Positions 21,875 to 34,491 of a DNA stretch of 64,000 nt are shown here, one piece after another (within the stretch, counting starts at the first letter, position 1; every line of letters begins with the position of its first letter). Below the pieces are notes generated by a model. That model searched no databases, was not told the origin of the DNA, and was given only the letters and a program-made list of their open reading frames with translations. The stretch lies in assembly GCA_032718475.1 (NCBI GenBank), contig JAUCBJ010001661.1, forward strand, positions 1 to 64,000, given 5' to 3'. The position numbers and the translations under genes are program-made. Source of the DNA: Nemertoderma westbladi (taxonomy: Eukaryota; Animalia; Xenacoelomorpha).

Positions 21875-23116
21875 TGTTCGCGCTTTCAGACCTTTGGCAG
21901 TTTAACCCGCCAAATTAGGATGTCTTCTAGATAATAAATCACTTTTAGCCTCTGACAAGTATTTGATTCACTACACTAGTCGAAACCAATCGGTGCGCGA
22001 TCATTCACCCGCTGGATATACCCGGGAGATTGGGTTCGACGGCTTAATCGTATTGCTATGTAAGCCTAATGTATTATTCGACTGACAGTATTATATAATC
22101 TCTCACAATATTATTCACCTTCGGGGAATATTAACAGTTCCTTTAGGACGTGGCGCTCTATCTATATAAACAGAGTTATGACTTAAACTACTCACAACGA
22201 TATGGCTTAGTTACAATTCACATATATGGCGCATTCTTTAGGAAATGCTTCGTTATCAGTCTCACTCATACACAATGCTGCACAATACTGCACACTGATC
22301 TGCCGATCTTCACTGATTTTAGTCACATATAAAAGGAACACGGACCGAATCATGTAGGGTCTATCAAATAACATTAGATTCACTTCAAACCACTTTAACA
22401 TAAGTCACAATCGTTATATGTAACCTTTCTCTCTTATCTTCGGTATATCAAGAATATTGGGTTTTCGGGGTTATTTATCGTTATTCCAAATATAATAATT
22501 CATCAACCATATTATGAAGAACCGACAGTAAATAGCAATATAACAATATAAAAGTATGCACAGGTATATTAGATTAGGTATGTTGCGTTGATTGAGTATG
22601 GGCCAGTTAACCAGTGGCCAGTGTGAGGTCAGGTTTGGTTTGATAACGGATATATGTCCTTATAATTAAGCCTACTAGTGTTAGGCTAAAACAGAAAAGC
22701 ACAAAATATTCCCAAGCCGCTCTCTCCTGGCTCAGGACAGAATGTAAACACTGCCCATAACGCATTGCGTGATTTCTAGGAAATTTCTGTACAAGAGCCA
22801 TAAAAATGCTCTGATTGGCTGACTGAACTGAGAGATGCCGTAGAACAAAGAAAATCGACACGTATGAATATCAGCTGTTAACCGTCGTCATAGTAACTAC
22901 TGTTCAAGAGTAGCTATCACCTTTTGCGTCACGGAATTGCCATAGAATCATCAACTATGCCTTTCACAGTACACATACGGAGGAAATAGCTCTTAGATCC
23001 TCTAAAAAACACCGATACAGCAATAATACGGTCTCTTACTCCTATTAAATCAACTACAGAGTATTTTAATGGAAAAATAAGAAAAATAACGGGGCAATTC
23101 AGCAAAGGCTTTTACA
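21875..23116 (-). repeat. 5' LTR of element 1 (1242 bp)
   Basis: Direct repeat of 7105-8340; CCAATCAG box on the minus strand at ~22811-22818, conserved in element 2. Confidence 0.96.
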
Positions 23117-23493
23117 CCTTTGCCCTGTACTAACTTCGGGTCTAACAACAAACATTCGCTTGGTATCTAATTTAGGTCGCAACAAGTCAGAAACCTAGAT
23201 ATCTTGACAAAATGCTCACCAGTTGTAAGCTGATCTTCAACAAGTTGTAGCTGCCCTCATTGCCCAATCCAGAACACTAATTATGAATAGTAGGCCTACT
23301 CGCGCCTTGCATGTGTCGCCTTGCAGTCTAGAACATCTAGAACGCTAAAAGCACGCCATCTAGAATTGAGAACATCTTAGTTTCACCATCTGGTGAGATT
23401 AATTATTTAATACAACCCCCTCCACCTCTGTGTATTTCATAAACTACACACGTGTATATAAAGTCTCATCAGCTTCTGTTTACGTGAATAATT

Positions 23494-24583
23494 ATGTCAA
23501 GGTTGATACTATTCCCCATTATGTTGAATATATTGTTGGCACTTGGAAGGAAACTTCCCGAGGATGTGGACAAGTTAGAAGCAGACAATTTTTTGGAGAA
23601 GCGCTCCGGAACTTTTTACCCAGCAAATTGCGAAGTCAAACATCTTCATTGGGGTGGAGGTCATAACCGCATTCCTATATATCCAACTTGTACAAAATGC
23701 TGCTCTGAGGTAAGTACTAGGTTCTGAAGCGGTTAACCGGTTAATTCAAATTAACTGGTTAGAAATTGATTAACTGGTTAACCGGCCTAATGTCCCATTT
23801 TGAGGTTTTCAGGTTCTATTACCAGTTTTATTACCTGTATGTTACCATTTATATGTTACCATTTGAATGTGTATTTCCCATTGCAATGTATCAGAAATTC
23901 ATTTTGTAGTCCTACTGTATGCATGCAGCTTTAGGACTACAACAGTACAGTATACATACACTAAGTACTGGTGGCTCTATCACACTAGAGCAATAGAAAC
24001 ACTTCACAGTATTGCAAGTAGGGGCGAGCTTGGCTTAGCTTACATAATAATTATACATACCGGTACTGTAGCTTAAGATAGGTGACTGTCGGCGATATAA
24101 CTTTCAGTTTCATAGTACCGGTATGTACCGTAGTATGTATGTTGCACCATAGGTTGTAGGTCTAGGTAGGTTGGATTCTACTTTTTAACCGGTTAATTGG
24201 AAATGGTTAACCGGTTGACGGAAAAAGTAACCGCTTCAACCCTAGTAAGTACAGTACGTAGACGCATTAAACAATTAATCAAATAGAATGTACAGTTAAC
24301 CAATATGGACCTAATTATTGTGAAGCAAATAAATAATATTTTAATTCGGTTACGAATTACGATAACTTATCTTGTTATTCATCTTTTATGTATATTTTAT
24401 TTTGTTATATATTTTATATCTTGTATATGTTGTGTATCTGGTTTATTTTAGAATAAACATTACGAATTCAACTGCGGTAACGGATCCTGTTTTGGTGAGG
24501 AGATTGAAGAGTGGCATGAGGGTGGCACCTATTGGATTCACTTCTTCAAATATACTTCGTATAAATGCGACAAATATTGTTGA
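23494..24583 (+). CDS. Secreted cysteine-rich prepropeptide, 115 aa; exons 23494-23709 and 24452-24583
   Basis: TATATAAA at 23455; hydrophobic N-terminus, acidic pro-region ending in KR, 8 Cys; GAG|GTAAGT donor and TTTTAG|AAT acceptor join in phase 0; ATTAAA after the stop. Confidence 0.8.
23718..24244. mobile_element. hAT-like MITE in the peptide-gene intron
   Basis: TIR TAGGTTCTGAAGCGGTTA / TAACCGCTTCAACCCTA, 8-bp TSD GTAAGTAC (23710-23717, 24245-24252), subterminal TAACCGG repeats. Confidence 0.85.
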
Positions 24584-24619
24584 TCTGCTGGAAGAAATTA
24601 AATTATTATAAACCTTCAC

Positions 24620-25501
24620 TATAAAACAACTCTTTAACTGTAAACAACTCTTTAATTTTAAACAACTCTTTAACTGTAAACAACTCTTGAACTTTAAACA
24701 ACTCTTTAACTGTAAACAACCCTTTAACTGTAAACAACTCTTTAACTGTAAACAACTCTTTAACTGTAAACAACTCTTTAACTGTAAACAACTCTTTAAC
24801 TGTAAACAACTCTTTAACTGTAAACAACTCTTTAACAGTAAACAACTATTTAACTGTAAACAACTCTTTAACTGTAAACAACTCTTTAACTGTAAACAAC
24901 TCTTTAACAGTAAACAACTCTTTAACAGTAAACAACTCTTTAACTGTAAACAACTCTTTAACTGTAAACAACTCTTTAACTGTAAAGTAAACAACCCTTT
25001 AACTGTAAACAACTCTTTAACTGTAAAGTAAACAACTCTTTAACTGTAAACAACTCTTTAACTGTAAACAACTCTTTAACTGTAAAGTAAACAACTCTAT
25101 AACTGTAAAGTAAACAACTCTTTAACTGTAAAGTAAACAAATCTTTAACTGTAAAGTAAACAACTCTTTAACTGTAAAGTAAACAACTCTTTAACTGTAA
25201 AGTAAACAAATCTTTAACTGTAAAGTAAACAACTCTTTAACTGTAAAGTAAACAACTCTTTAACTGTAAACAACTCTCTAACTGTAAAGTAAACAACTCT
25301 CTAACTGTAAAGTAAACAACTCTTTAACTGTAAACAACTCTTTAACTGTAAACAACTCTTTAACTGTAAAGTAAACAACCCTTTAACTGTAAACAACTCT
25401 TTAACTGTAAAGTAAACAACTCTTTAACTGTAAACAACTCTTTAACTGTAAACAACTCTTTAACTGTAAACAACTCTTTAACTGTAAACAACTTTTAACT
25501 G
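24620..25501. repeat. Minisatellite, 18-bp unit TAAACAACTCTTTAACTG with a 23-bp variant
   Basis: Roughly 45 tandem units; the distal half carries a 5-bp TAAAG insertion. Confidence 0.97.
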
Positions 25502-27325
25502 TGGTGTTTATCTTAGAGTATATTTGGTAGTGGTTGATCTTCACATCCCAATTAAAGTAGCACTCGGGTAATGGAATCATCTGGTGCATTTTAGGTAGGA
25601 ATATTCTGCAACGACCCATCTTATAACTTATTTTGTGTAATTTTACAAAATTTCGGTCAATTGCTATTGTAACGAGTTGCTAGAAAATCAGCCATAATTT
25701 GGTAACACAATTCTGATCTTGAAATACCAAATTAACCCCCCATGGCCAAACTGCCAGTCTACTGTATTTCTTTCGCAATAATTTGCCATTTTCTGAAATC
25801 TCAGACGGTCATCGGGCTCTATAACCCAACAGTGATTTATGATTACATAATTATTTATCTAGCGGATAACTGGATAACTACAAGTCCCACTACGCATATT
25901 TTATATCATTTCTTTGGAAAGACTAGGCCTACTTTTGATAGGAGAATGTACAACCTCTTTCCACGCGAGTCGGTGGCCGTAACTCGGAACATCCCCTATC
26001 TCCAATCCGTGAACGAAAGGGAACTGGTGCGTCGTACACCCCGGTTCAATAGTAATACGCCTTGATGAATAACATTGATATTGGAGTTAACATCAACCAC
26101 TTTGTTCCTATCAACAATTGTGTGAGTTGCAAGGTGGGTTATCTATGTTCACTGGTACTGGTATGTCTGTTTTCAAATTATTATTGTGTCATAAAAGTTT
26201 CTCAGTCTTACCCAATTAATGACAAAGGAAAAGCTTAATGAATATTTACACTGACAGGGCGAGTCACAAACGGGGACGGGTTCTTAGATCGTGACTTTTC
26301 CAATTAGGCCAACCTTTATTCCACTTTCTAGAAAAACAAGTGACGTGGCTGGAGAAAGCTGCTAACGTTATTCCATATTTAACACAGAGTCAATCAGCCA
26401 ATGAGTTAATATAGAATGGAATTTTGAATATAATTAGGCTATATAAAATTGAGTACACTCTAGTACAATCGGTTGCTTTACAGGGAAATGGTTTAATGTC
26501 GCTATCGGCTCTCTTTATATACATTTTTTGTGTCTCGATAACGCAGGGAGTTGTTGGATGTTTCTTATCGCATGGATCACATTCCAATACCTTTCTAGTC
26601 GTCCCATTACTGTTCCATGTTTTTGATTACAATGTTTATACAGGTTATACATTGTTGAGTAACTTTAGTGCCGTCGAGGAATTATAGTTATAGTCAGCCT
26701 GTAGACTGGGTAGAGGGCAGCAACGATGTCGGCCTACGTTTACTCCCCATCTGGATTGGTGGTGGTATCCCTGGTATTACGAGAAAAGAGATAACAAGTT
26801 GACAGTTGGAACTATTTAATATTATATAAACATAAAGTATTTAATAAAATAAGACCTACATGAGTGGAACACACTTATAATCATCTCGCATATCAAAATA
26901 TTGCCTCAAAAATCAATGAAAACTGAATCCTATTGTGTTTTAGCGACAAACAGGATAAATTTATATTGTGATTTTTAGTTTAAAAAATATCAGCCTAGAA
27001 AACCAATACAGTTGGAAGATATTACAATAAGTATATACGATGACTTGGCTAGTGACTTATTGCCTATATAAAAATCTTCCATCTGAACATTATAATTTAA
27101 TATTTAGTGGTACATTGGCCAGCAGGTATGCTTTGATAAATCGTTGAACATTCGGTAAAAGTTGACATAAGATTAAGACTGCAGTCTTACTCGGAATACA
27201 AATACTGCAGTCTGTACTGAAACTAAACAAGACTATCAGTCTGTGCTTTATCTGTATTAGACGGTCTGTTCTGTCTGTAAGGGACCGCGGTAGACTGCAA
27301 TCTGGGTCGGTTTCGCATCATCTGA

Positions 27326-29874
27326 TTATTGACTGTCTGTTCCCCCAGTCTGCTCCTGGTACACTTCTATGGTATCTTCATCCTCCATCTCTAACTGTTT
27401 CGGCGTCATCTCATCGGCGATTCTTTGCCCGTCGAACAGAAACCGTAACGACGATATGGGGACACCTTGCCGTTGGCAGTAGGCCTCTTTCAGCTTCTTC
27501 ATTTGGGTTGTGAATTTTACTTTGAAGTGAATCTCAGAGTTATCCTGTCCCATTACTTTCAGTTTAATATACTCCCCTACCTTGTTATCTCCTCCAACAC
27601 CTTTTGTCTCATTTTCATCCTAAAAATAAGAATTTATGCAAGTAATTAACGTAATGGCATACATACAGCCGTCCTGCATAAACAAAATATCAATAAATAA
27701 GTCACAATGTCAATTGTGCGACAGCATGTGAACCTAAGCACCATAATTTGTACCAACTTCTTGGCCAATGTCATTATTGTTACGCGCCTTTAAGTCATTG
27801 TCTCTTAGACAATTAATTAAAGTGCACTTTTTGTGCTTGATTGAAAGTCCGCCCTTTATAACCACGAATCTACCATTTTTACCAGTAACAGAACATGCGG
27901 TAGTTCAGTAGTGGGCTACCTGTGGTGACTCGTCGTTACAGTGTCACATCGACTCGACACAGACATGTGTAATCGACGATTACATACAGTACCACCATAC
28001 CGAGTACATGATATATTTAGATATTTACCCATAAGCTTAAAATTGAATATGTTTCAGCATTATACAGTTATATACCGGTAGGAATATTTAACGATATTTC
28101 TGCTGTAGGCTAAAATAGATCGATGGTCTTCAAAAAAAGCTACAGTAGGCCTATTCCGCAAAAAATGATCTTAGTCTTAGGTAAAATTGTTCAGTCTGCA
28201 TTTTGAAACACAGTAGGCCTATTTGAAAAGTTAAAAATGAAATTAAATTAAACCACACCGGTACGTCTACTTATAACACAGGTACTGTAACTGGAACGTA
28301 ACATACGGTACTCAAATAGTGGTTTGTGAAATCCATTAAAATTGTACAGATGTAGAGATGGTTACAATCAATCTCAGCTATATATTTTATATATAAGAAA
28401 ATAAAGCACGGCTAAGTGCAGTAGGTGGTAGGGCCTACATGCCTACTGCAAGTACTGAACTACACACAGACACATATGTTAGGCCTATATTTTATAAATG
28501 GTAGGTTACTAAAGACTGACGTTGATTGTAGAGATTTAGGTGTTAACTTTTGCGATAATTTAAAATTTGACATTCATTGTAAAGTACAAGCTGCAAAATG
28601 TTTTAAAATTGTTAATTTAATATTCAGGTGTTTTTATAGAAATAATTTAAAAGCTTTATTAACTGCATATAAATCGTACGTTAGTCGATGTGATCGTTAC
28701 TCGATGTGGATTGGATAAACGTAGTTATATAGAACGTTTACAGTTTTTGGACTTGCAGGTGCAGCCGCTGGAAGTGTGTAGGTTAATTTTTTATTTGAAA
28801 TTTACTTATTACATAATCAATAAATGTGTTGACTTAGACTCATTCTTTACTGGTGCAATTAGTTCAGGTTCAAGAGGCCACAATTTTAAATTATTTCAAC
28901 ACCGCTCGAGACTACAGATCAGTCAATATTGCTTTAGTACAGGCCTAATAGAGTTGTTTCAATTTGGAACAATTTATCTTCTACCATCGTAAACTCCGCC
29001 AGCAAGGACATTTTCAGTTGAAAGCTAAAGGAGGTAAACCTGTTACAATTTTGTAAATTCAATAGATCTATGTAGTTAATTAATTAATTGTTTTATCATG
29101 TGCACATGATGGAAAGGCCTTTTAATGAAACAATATTTTCGCCTCCGTTTTTATATTTTATATTTTTCGTGCATACTGTATTTATGTTACTAATTTTAGA
29201 TATGTCTGTAAATCTTTTTAAATATGTTAGCAAGAGTAACTATTTTTAGATATTCATATAGTTTGGTAGTTTGGGTTACCTTTACCTTCAATCCTTCACG
29301 GCCAATGGTTTTTTTTATACTGTATGCTGGTATACTGTATGCTGGAAACTCGCTGGTTTCAGTAGTGGCGGCCTCAACCCTAATTAAAACTGTCATGTAC
29401 ATGTACTGGTCCGGTACCGGTAACCCTCAGGCTCAGACCCTTAACACTGTAACAGCCTAACCCTACAGCCCTACCGGTAACTGCCTAAGTCATAGTCTAA
29501 GAAATTTAGAGGAATTTCTTAGATAATGACTTCAGGACTTAGGCCTAGGGTTAGGGTTACAGGTTACATGACGAGACAGGCATGACAGTTTTAATTATGG
29601 TTGAGGCCAGACCTGCTGACCAACTACTGAACTACAGAACTACCGTATAGAACTAGGCCTATCCCTTAACCAAATGCCAAAATAATAAACCAAACAACAG
29701 AACAATCCTGCCATCTTTACAAGAATATGGTTATGATAGGCCTATGACACATGACAGTGCAGCAGTGTACCGGTAACTGTCTGACTAAATATTAATAATA
29801 AAAATTGAAGGTACCCAAAACTGCATTGAGTCCCGGTACCAAAAACTTACCGTTTTGTTGTGTTCGTCAGTCAT
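27326..29874 (-). CDS. SUMO1: Small ubiquitin-like modifier, SUMO1-type, 105 aa; exons 29851-29874 and 27326-27619
   Basis: [20 protein letters not shown]...YCQRQG...[10 protein letters not shown]...EVYQEQTGG; short first exon MTDEHNKT followed by GTAAGT; TTTTTAG acceptor in phase 0. Confidence 0.93.
28490..29075 (+). mobile_element. 5'-truncated CR1/L2-group LINE remnant in the SUMO intron
   Basis: Broken frames with RDLGV..DNLKF..H, YKSYV, SY.ERL..L.L..LE..RL and RGH.FKL motifs of the ORF2 C-terminus. Confidence 0.8.
29370..29608. mobile_element. Palindromic MITE-like repeat; related copy at ~54960-55118
   Basis: Inverted ends GGCCTCAACC.TAATTAAAACTGTCATG / CATGACAGTTTTAATTATGGTTGAGGCC; central hairpin AGTCAT..TCTAAGAAATT..AATTTCTTAGA..ATGACT in both copies. 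Confidence 0.7.
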
Positions 29875-30231
29875 CTTCACAGTTCTGCAGATTGACAATT
29901 ACACTTCACTTTATTCTGTTATTACAGTAGGTATTATTTGACAATAGGCCTATACCAGTACAGCAGTATAGAGATATCAGAATAAACAGGTACCGGTACA
30001 CCAAATTACTGAATTCATAAGTCAGAAACCGATAGGCTGATAGGCGTATTCAGTAATTGCAAATTTCTGAATACAGGAATACTGGAATATTGTTTAGGCC
30101 TTGTTCAGTTGCAGTTGTTGGTTTCTGGATGCTACAACCTGACAACTGTCCTGAGCTACTGTGCTGTCCAGCTGTCCCAGTTCTATAATTCAGTAATTAC
30201 GGAGTTATGAATTACAATAAAAAATAAGGGT

Positions 30232-31236
30232 AATTCTTTTCGACCTACGCGTAGCTACTCGTAGTTCGTAACATTGGGTCATATATCACCAGTTTCAGAG
30301 TTTTAACATTAACTACGCGTAGGTGCTACGTATAACACTACGCGTAGGTGCTACCCATAACTATGCCTATACGACGTTTATGATTAGTAGGCCTACGTAT
30401 TCCAAGCGGTTCAGTACTAAAATAAGACAATACTGTATGTTCAATAAACAACCCACACAAACCATCAATGCTTTCAACAGTAATGTATCCTATACCTGTA
30501 TACTCTATATAAAGGCATACGCTAAGACTACATATTCTTCAATTCATGCGTTGTGGGCGCTAAAATGTGTTAATAATGTTTAGTTCTAATAAGTTCTTTA
30601 ATCGATTCTCCATTGCTTTCTATTGCCTTTGTTCACGATAGGGCAAGGATATATTTAATATGTTAACCCCTTGACAAGGGAAGGAGGAGACTAAATTGTC
30701 TACCATGATTGGTTGCACTTGTTATTTGACCAAACAATTGAATTATGCAGTATTTATCAGTTTCGCTTAACAACTTCACCGGTAGACTGGTAGCTTACTA
30801 CTGTAGAATATTTCAATAATCCAATGGAAACAAAGATACTTACTTGAATCATGAGAAGTGAATTTTAAGTCTACTTTTTATCCATCCTGTGTTTGTATGT
30901 GAAAGAGCCGAATATTATTTATTGCCAGTGCTGTAGAGATATGAGCTTCCGATTCTGTTATTCCATTTGTCTGATAATCAGATACCTGACATATACCGAT
31001 ACTTGCCTAACAACTCAACCCTACCGAACCTGAAATGAAAAATCATTGTTATCAGGACTGCTACGCGTAGCACCTACGCGTAGTTTCAAATACCTACGCG
31101 TAGTTCCGAAATAACTACGCGTTTTTTAAAACACCTACGCGTAGTTGTTAAAAAGGCAGTAAGACGGTCCCTACCGGTAAATGACAGGAATGGAAGTTAC
31201 AAACTACGCGTAGCTACGCGTAGGCCGAAAAGATTT
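30232..31236. mobile_element. TIR element with subterminal CTACGCGTAG palindromes
   Basis: Ends TCTTTTCGACCTACGCGTAGCTAC / GTAGCTACGCGTAGGCCGAAAAGA; many CTACGCGTAG copies near both ends. Confidence 0.7.
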
Positions 31237-33109
31237 AGGTTTTGGTCCACATTTCTTGAAACCAACTTTTTTGGACTCAGCGTGATCGACTCTACAAAAG
31301 TTATCTTATAGAATTTTTAATTAGTCAATTTTATTTTAATGAATTAATTAAATTAAATTAATTAATTATTATCATATTTTTAATTAAAAATGGCTAATTA
31401 GAAAAAATGGTAATATTTATCAAAATTCCATAATAGAACTTTTAAAGAGCTTCCAAAGCTCGTTCGAATGAGCCATAAACGAAAAAAATTGGTTGAAAAA
31501 TGACGGAGGGGTAGTGATTTGAAAATGAAAAATGTAATTCCGAGAAAATGCCCTTCAAAGTTTAAACCGTCCCACCAAAATTGGCTGTCTGTGTTCTGGT
31601 TGGTTAATTATTTCTGGCACGAAGGATGCACACCAACGAGCTAAAATGTTCGTTATTGGGGTTTTCGGGGTCGCTGATTTCATTTCCGATGTCAGTTTAA
31701 ATTTTTGGTGGAATCTAGTCTATCTATCTGTCTGTCGGTCTTCTGTCTTTCTTACAATTTGACGGACAGACCGTCATACGGAAAAACAGTGCTAACTCGA
31801 GAACTGAAAGAGGTCTCACTAAGCGGTTTTCAGATTTGTAATCCTCATTAAATTATGCTCTAGGTGAAATAAAGAAACAATAATTTGAAAATTTTACCTG
31901 AGGGGGGGGGTTATACCCCCCCCCCCCCCCCCCCCCTCCCTTAAATTAACGTATTATTGGCCGGGGTTACTACGTTAAAAATATACATAAATTTTACTCA
32001 AATCATACTAATTAACTCATGTCTGAAAATAACGTTAACAACCGTATATTATGAACGTTATTTATGAACGTACCATTACGTTAAATTAACGTATTATTGG
32101 CCGGGGTTACTACGTTAAATAAATACGTTAAATAAATACGTCAATAATACGTTAAAAAATACGTCACTAATACGTTATTTTTGATTCAAAAGCATAAAAA
32201 AGATCAAGTTTGAGATTTACTTCATGGACCACAGCGGCAGTTAGTTGGTGGACCTGCCTGCACACACAAGGGAGTGGAGGCTAACCCTAACCTACACAGC
32301 CTACGCCTACACCCCTACACCTACTATACCTTAGGAGTGGAACCTTCAATGCATTTAGGCAAAATAAATAGCGGATTATTTCTGAGAAGAATTATGATGA
32401 CTTTGATCAATTGCTAAGAAATTTGTTTAGATTCATATAAAATACTATCACATACCTATTTGGCCTCCACGTTAGATAAAACATTTGATTAAATTATTTA
32501 AATTTATTAGTTATCAAACAATTTAATTGATAATTTAAAATTAATTTATAGGAAATTAATAACTATTTAGAGTCTGACGTCATTCTTGCGTTTTTTGCAG
32601 ACGCTGGGGGTAGAATGAAACCAATTTATTGTATTAACTACTGTATATCAAACCTCACCAATCATTTAAAGATGGTAACGAACGGTGTTTATTTTATTTA
32701 GCCTCTCACACTGAATAAACGTAGTGCCGTTTTTATATAAATAAATGGCAGTCGAAAATGAATTTATTTAACAAATTTTGCCCGAATAAAAAATAATTCT
32801 AAGCTAAATTTACGGTATATCGGTAATATAAATCGGCATAACGTACTGTACTACAGTATATAGGGACTAAATCAACTTCTATAAACAAAAATATGAGAAA
32901 TAAACAAAACGATATCAAAACTACAGTATAAAAAAATAATACCAAAATTGAAAGAAATATTGAATATTGCATCGTTATAAATTCAATAATATTGCACATC
33001 ACAATAATATATTGAAGAACATGTAAACTAATTAATATTGCAGTTACAGTAGTTATATTATGGGAGTACAAAATAAACACCTCTAAGACCCAACACCTTA
33101 AAGACCAAA

Positions 33110-33242
33110 GACCCTACAAAAGTAAGACCCCCCAACCCCGCCCTGCCTGGTACAAAAGTAAATCCCCCTGGTACAAAAGTACAGTAAGACCCCTGGTACT
33201 GTACAAACGTAAGGCCCACAGGTACAAACGTAAGACCCCCCC
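33110..33242. repeat. GGTACAAAAGTAAGACCCC minisatellite, left part (split by element 2)
   Basis: Same ~21-24-bp unit resumes at 50609. Confidence 0.85.
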
Positions 33243-34413
33243 TGTTTGCGCTTTTAAGACCTTTGACAGTTTAACCTGCCAAATTAGGATGTCTTTTGGA
33301 TGATATATATTCTTTAGCTTATGACGAGTATTTGATACACTACATTAGCCGAAGCCAGTCTATGCGCAATCATTCACCCGTTGGATATACCCGGGAGACT
33401 GAGTTCGGAGCTTAATGATTGATGGTGTAAGCCTACTGTATTATTCGACTGATCGTAATATATAATCTCTGACTAATATTATTCACTTTCGGGAAATATT
33501 AACAGTTCCTTTAGGACGTGGCGCTCTAAATATATAAACAGAGTTATGGCTTAAACTAGACACAACGAAAAGGCTATAGATTTACGTATATGGCGCATTC
33601 TTTAGGAGATGCTTTGTTATCAGTTACGATCATACACAATGCTGCACAATACTGCACACTAATCTGCCGACCTTCACTAAATTTGGTCACGTATAAAGAG
33701 AGCAACATACAATTTATGTCGGGCATATGAAATAGCATTAGATTCACTTCAAACCACTTAACATAGGTCGCAATCGTTTATCTGTAACCGGTCTCTCTAA
33801 CCTTTAGTATATCAAGAAGGTGGGGTGTCTGACTATTGATCAGTATTCCGATATAATATTTCATCAACCAATATAATGAATAACCGACAGTAAAAGCAGT
33901 AATATTAAGGTATAAATGATTATTAAGTGAATGAGTTAACTCGGTAACTCGCTTGTGCAAATCGTTTGATAACAGATATACGTTCTATAATTAAGCCTAC
34001 TAATGTAAAGCTAAAGAATGCTGATATACGGAGGTGCCAAAAGCCGATGTTCTTAGGCTCTGGGCAAAAACATAACACTGAACTACTGAGTTCTGTATCC
34101 ACCTCCAACACAGAGACAAAAAACGCTCTGATTGGTCGACCGAACAACTAGAGAACAAAGAAACAAAGAAATGTCGACGTGGCAATATCAGCTGTTAGCC
34201 GTCGTCATGGTAGCGACACTGTTTTCAAGAGTATCTAGCTTATCGCGTCACGAGATTGCGGATTATGTCCTCTAAAGTACAAATACAGAAGAAATGACTT
34301 TTATGTCCTCTAAAACACCAGTACAGCAAGGACACGGCCTTTTTATGCCTGGTAAACCAACTACAGAGTACTTTAAGGGAAAATAACCGGTTAATTACGC
34401 AAAAGCTTTTACA
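33243..34413 (-). repeat. 3' LTR of element 2 (1171 bp)
   Basis: TGTTTGCG...TTTTACA; about 3 substitutions and a 1-bp indel relative to the 5' LTR. Confidence 0.96.
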
Positions 34414-34491
34414 CCGCTCCCAGAAAATGGGATTTGAGTCTATAAAATATAACAAATCACAGTTTCTAAAATATAAAAATACTCTAAACAG

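Larger units (their letters stand above)
7105..23116 (-). mobile_element. BEL/Pao LTR retrotransposon, element 1 (16.0 kb)
   Basis: Near-identical LTRs TGT...ACA at 7105-8340 and 21875-23116; gag-PR-RT-RH-IN order with BEL-type triple Cys/His gag motifs; purine-rich PPT next to the 3' LTR; no matching TSD. Confidence 0.97.

Noticed and set aside
24443-25619. LQLKSC / FTVKEL / NCKQLF repeat ORFs
   Set aside because: Translations of an 18-bp minisatellite that is open in several frames
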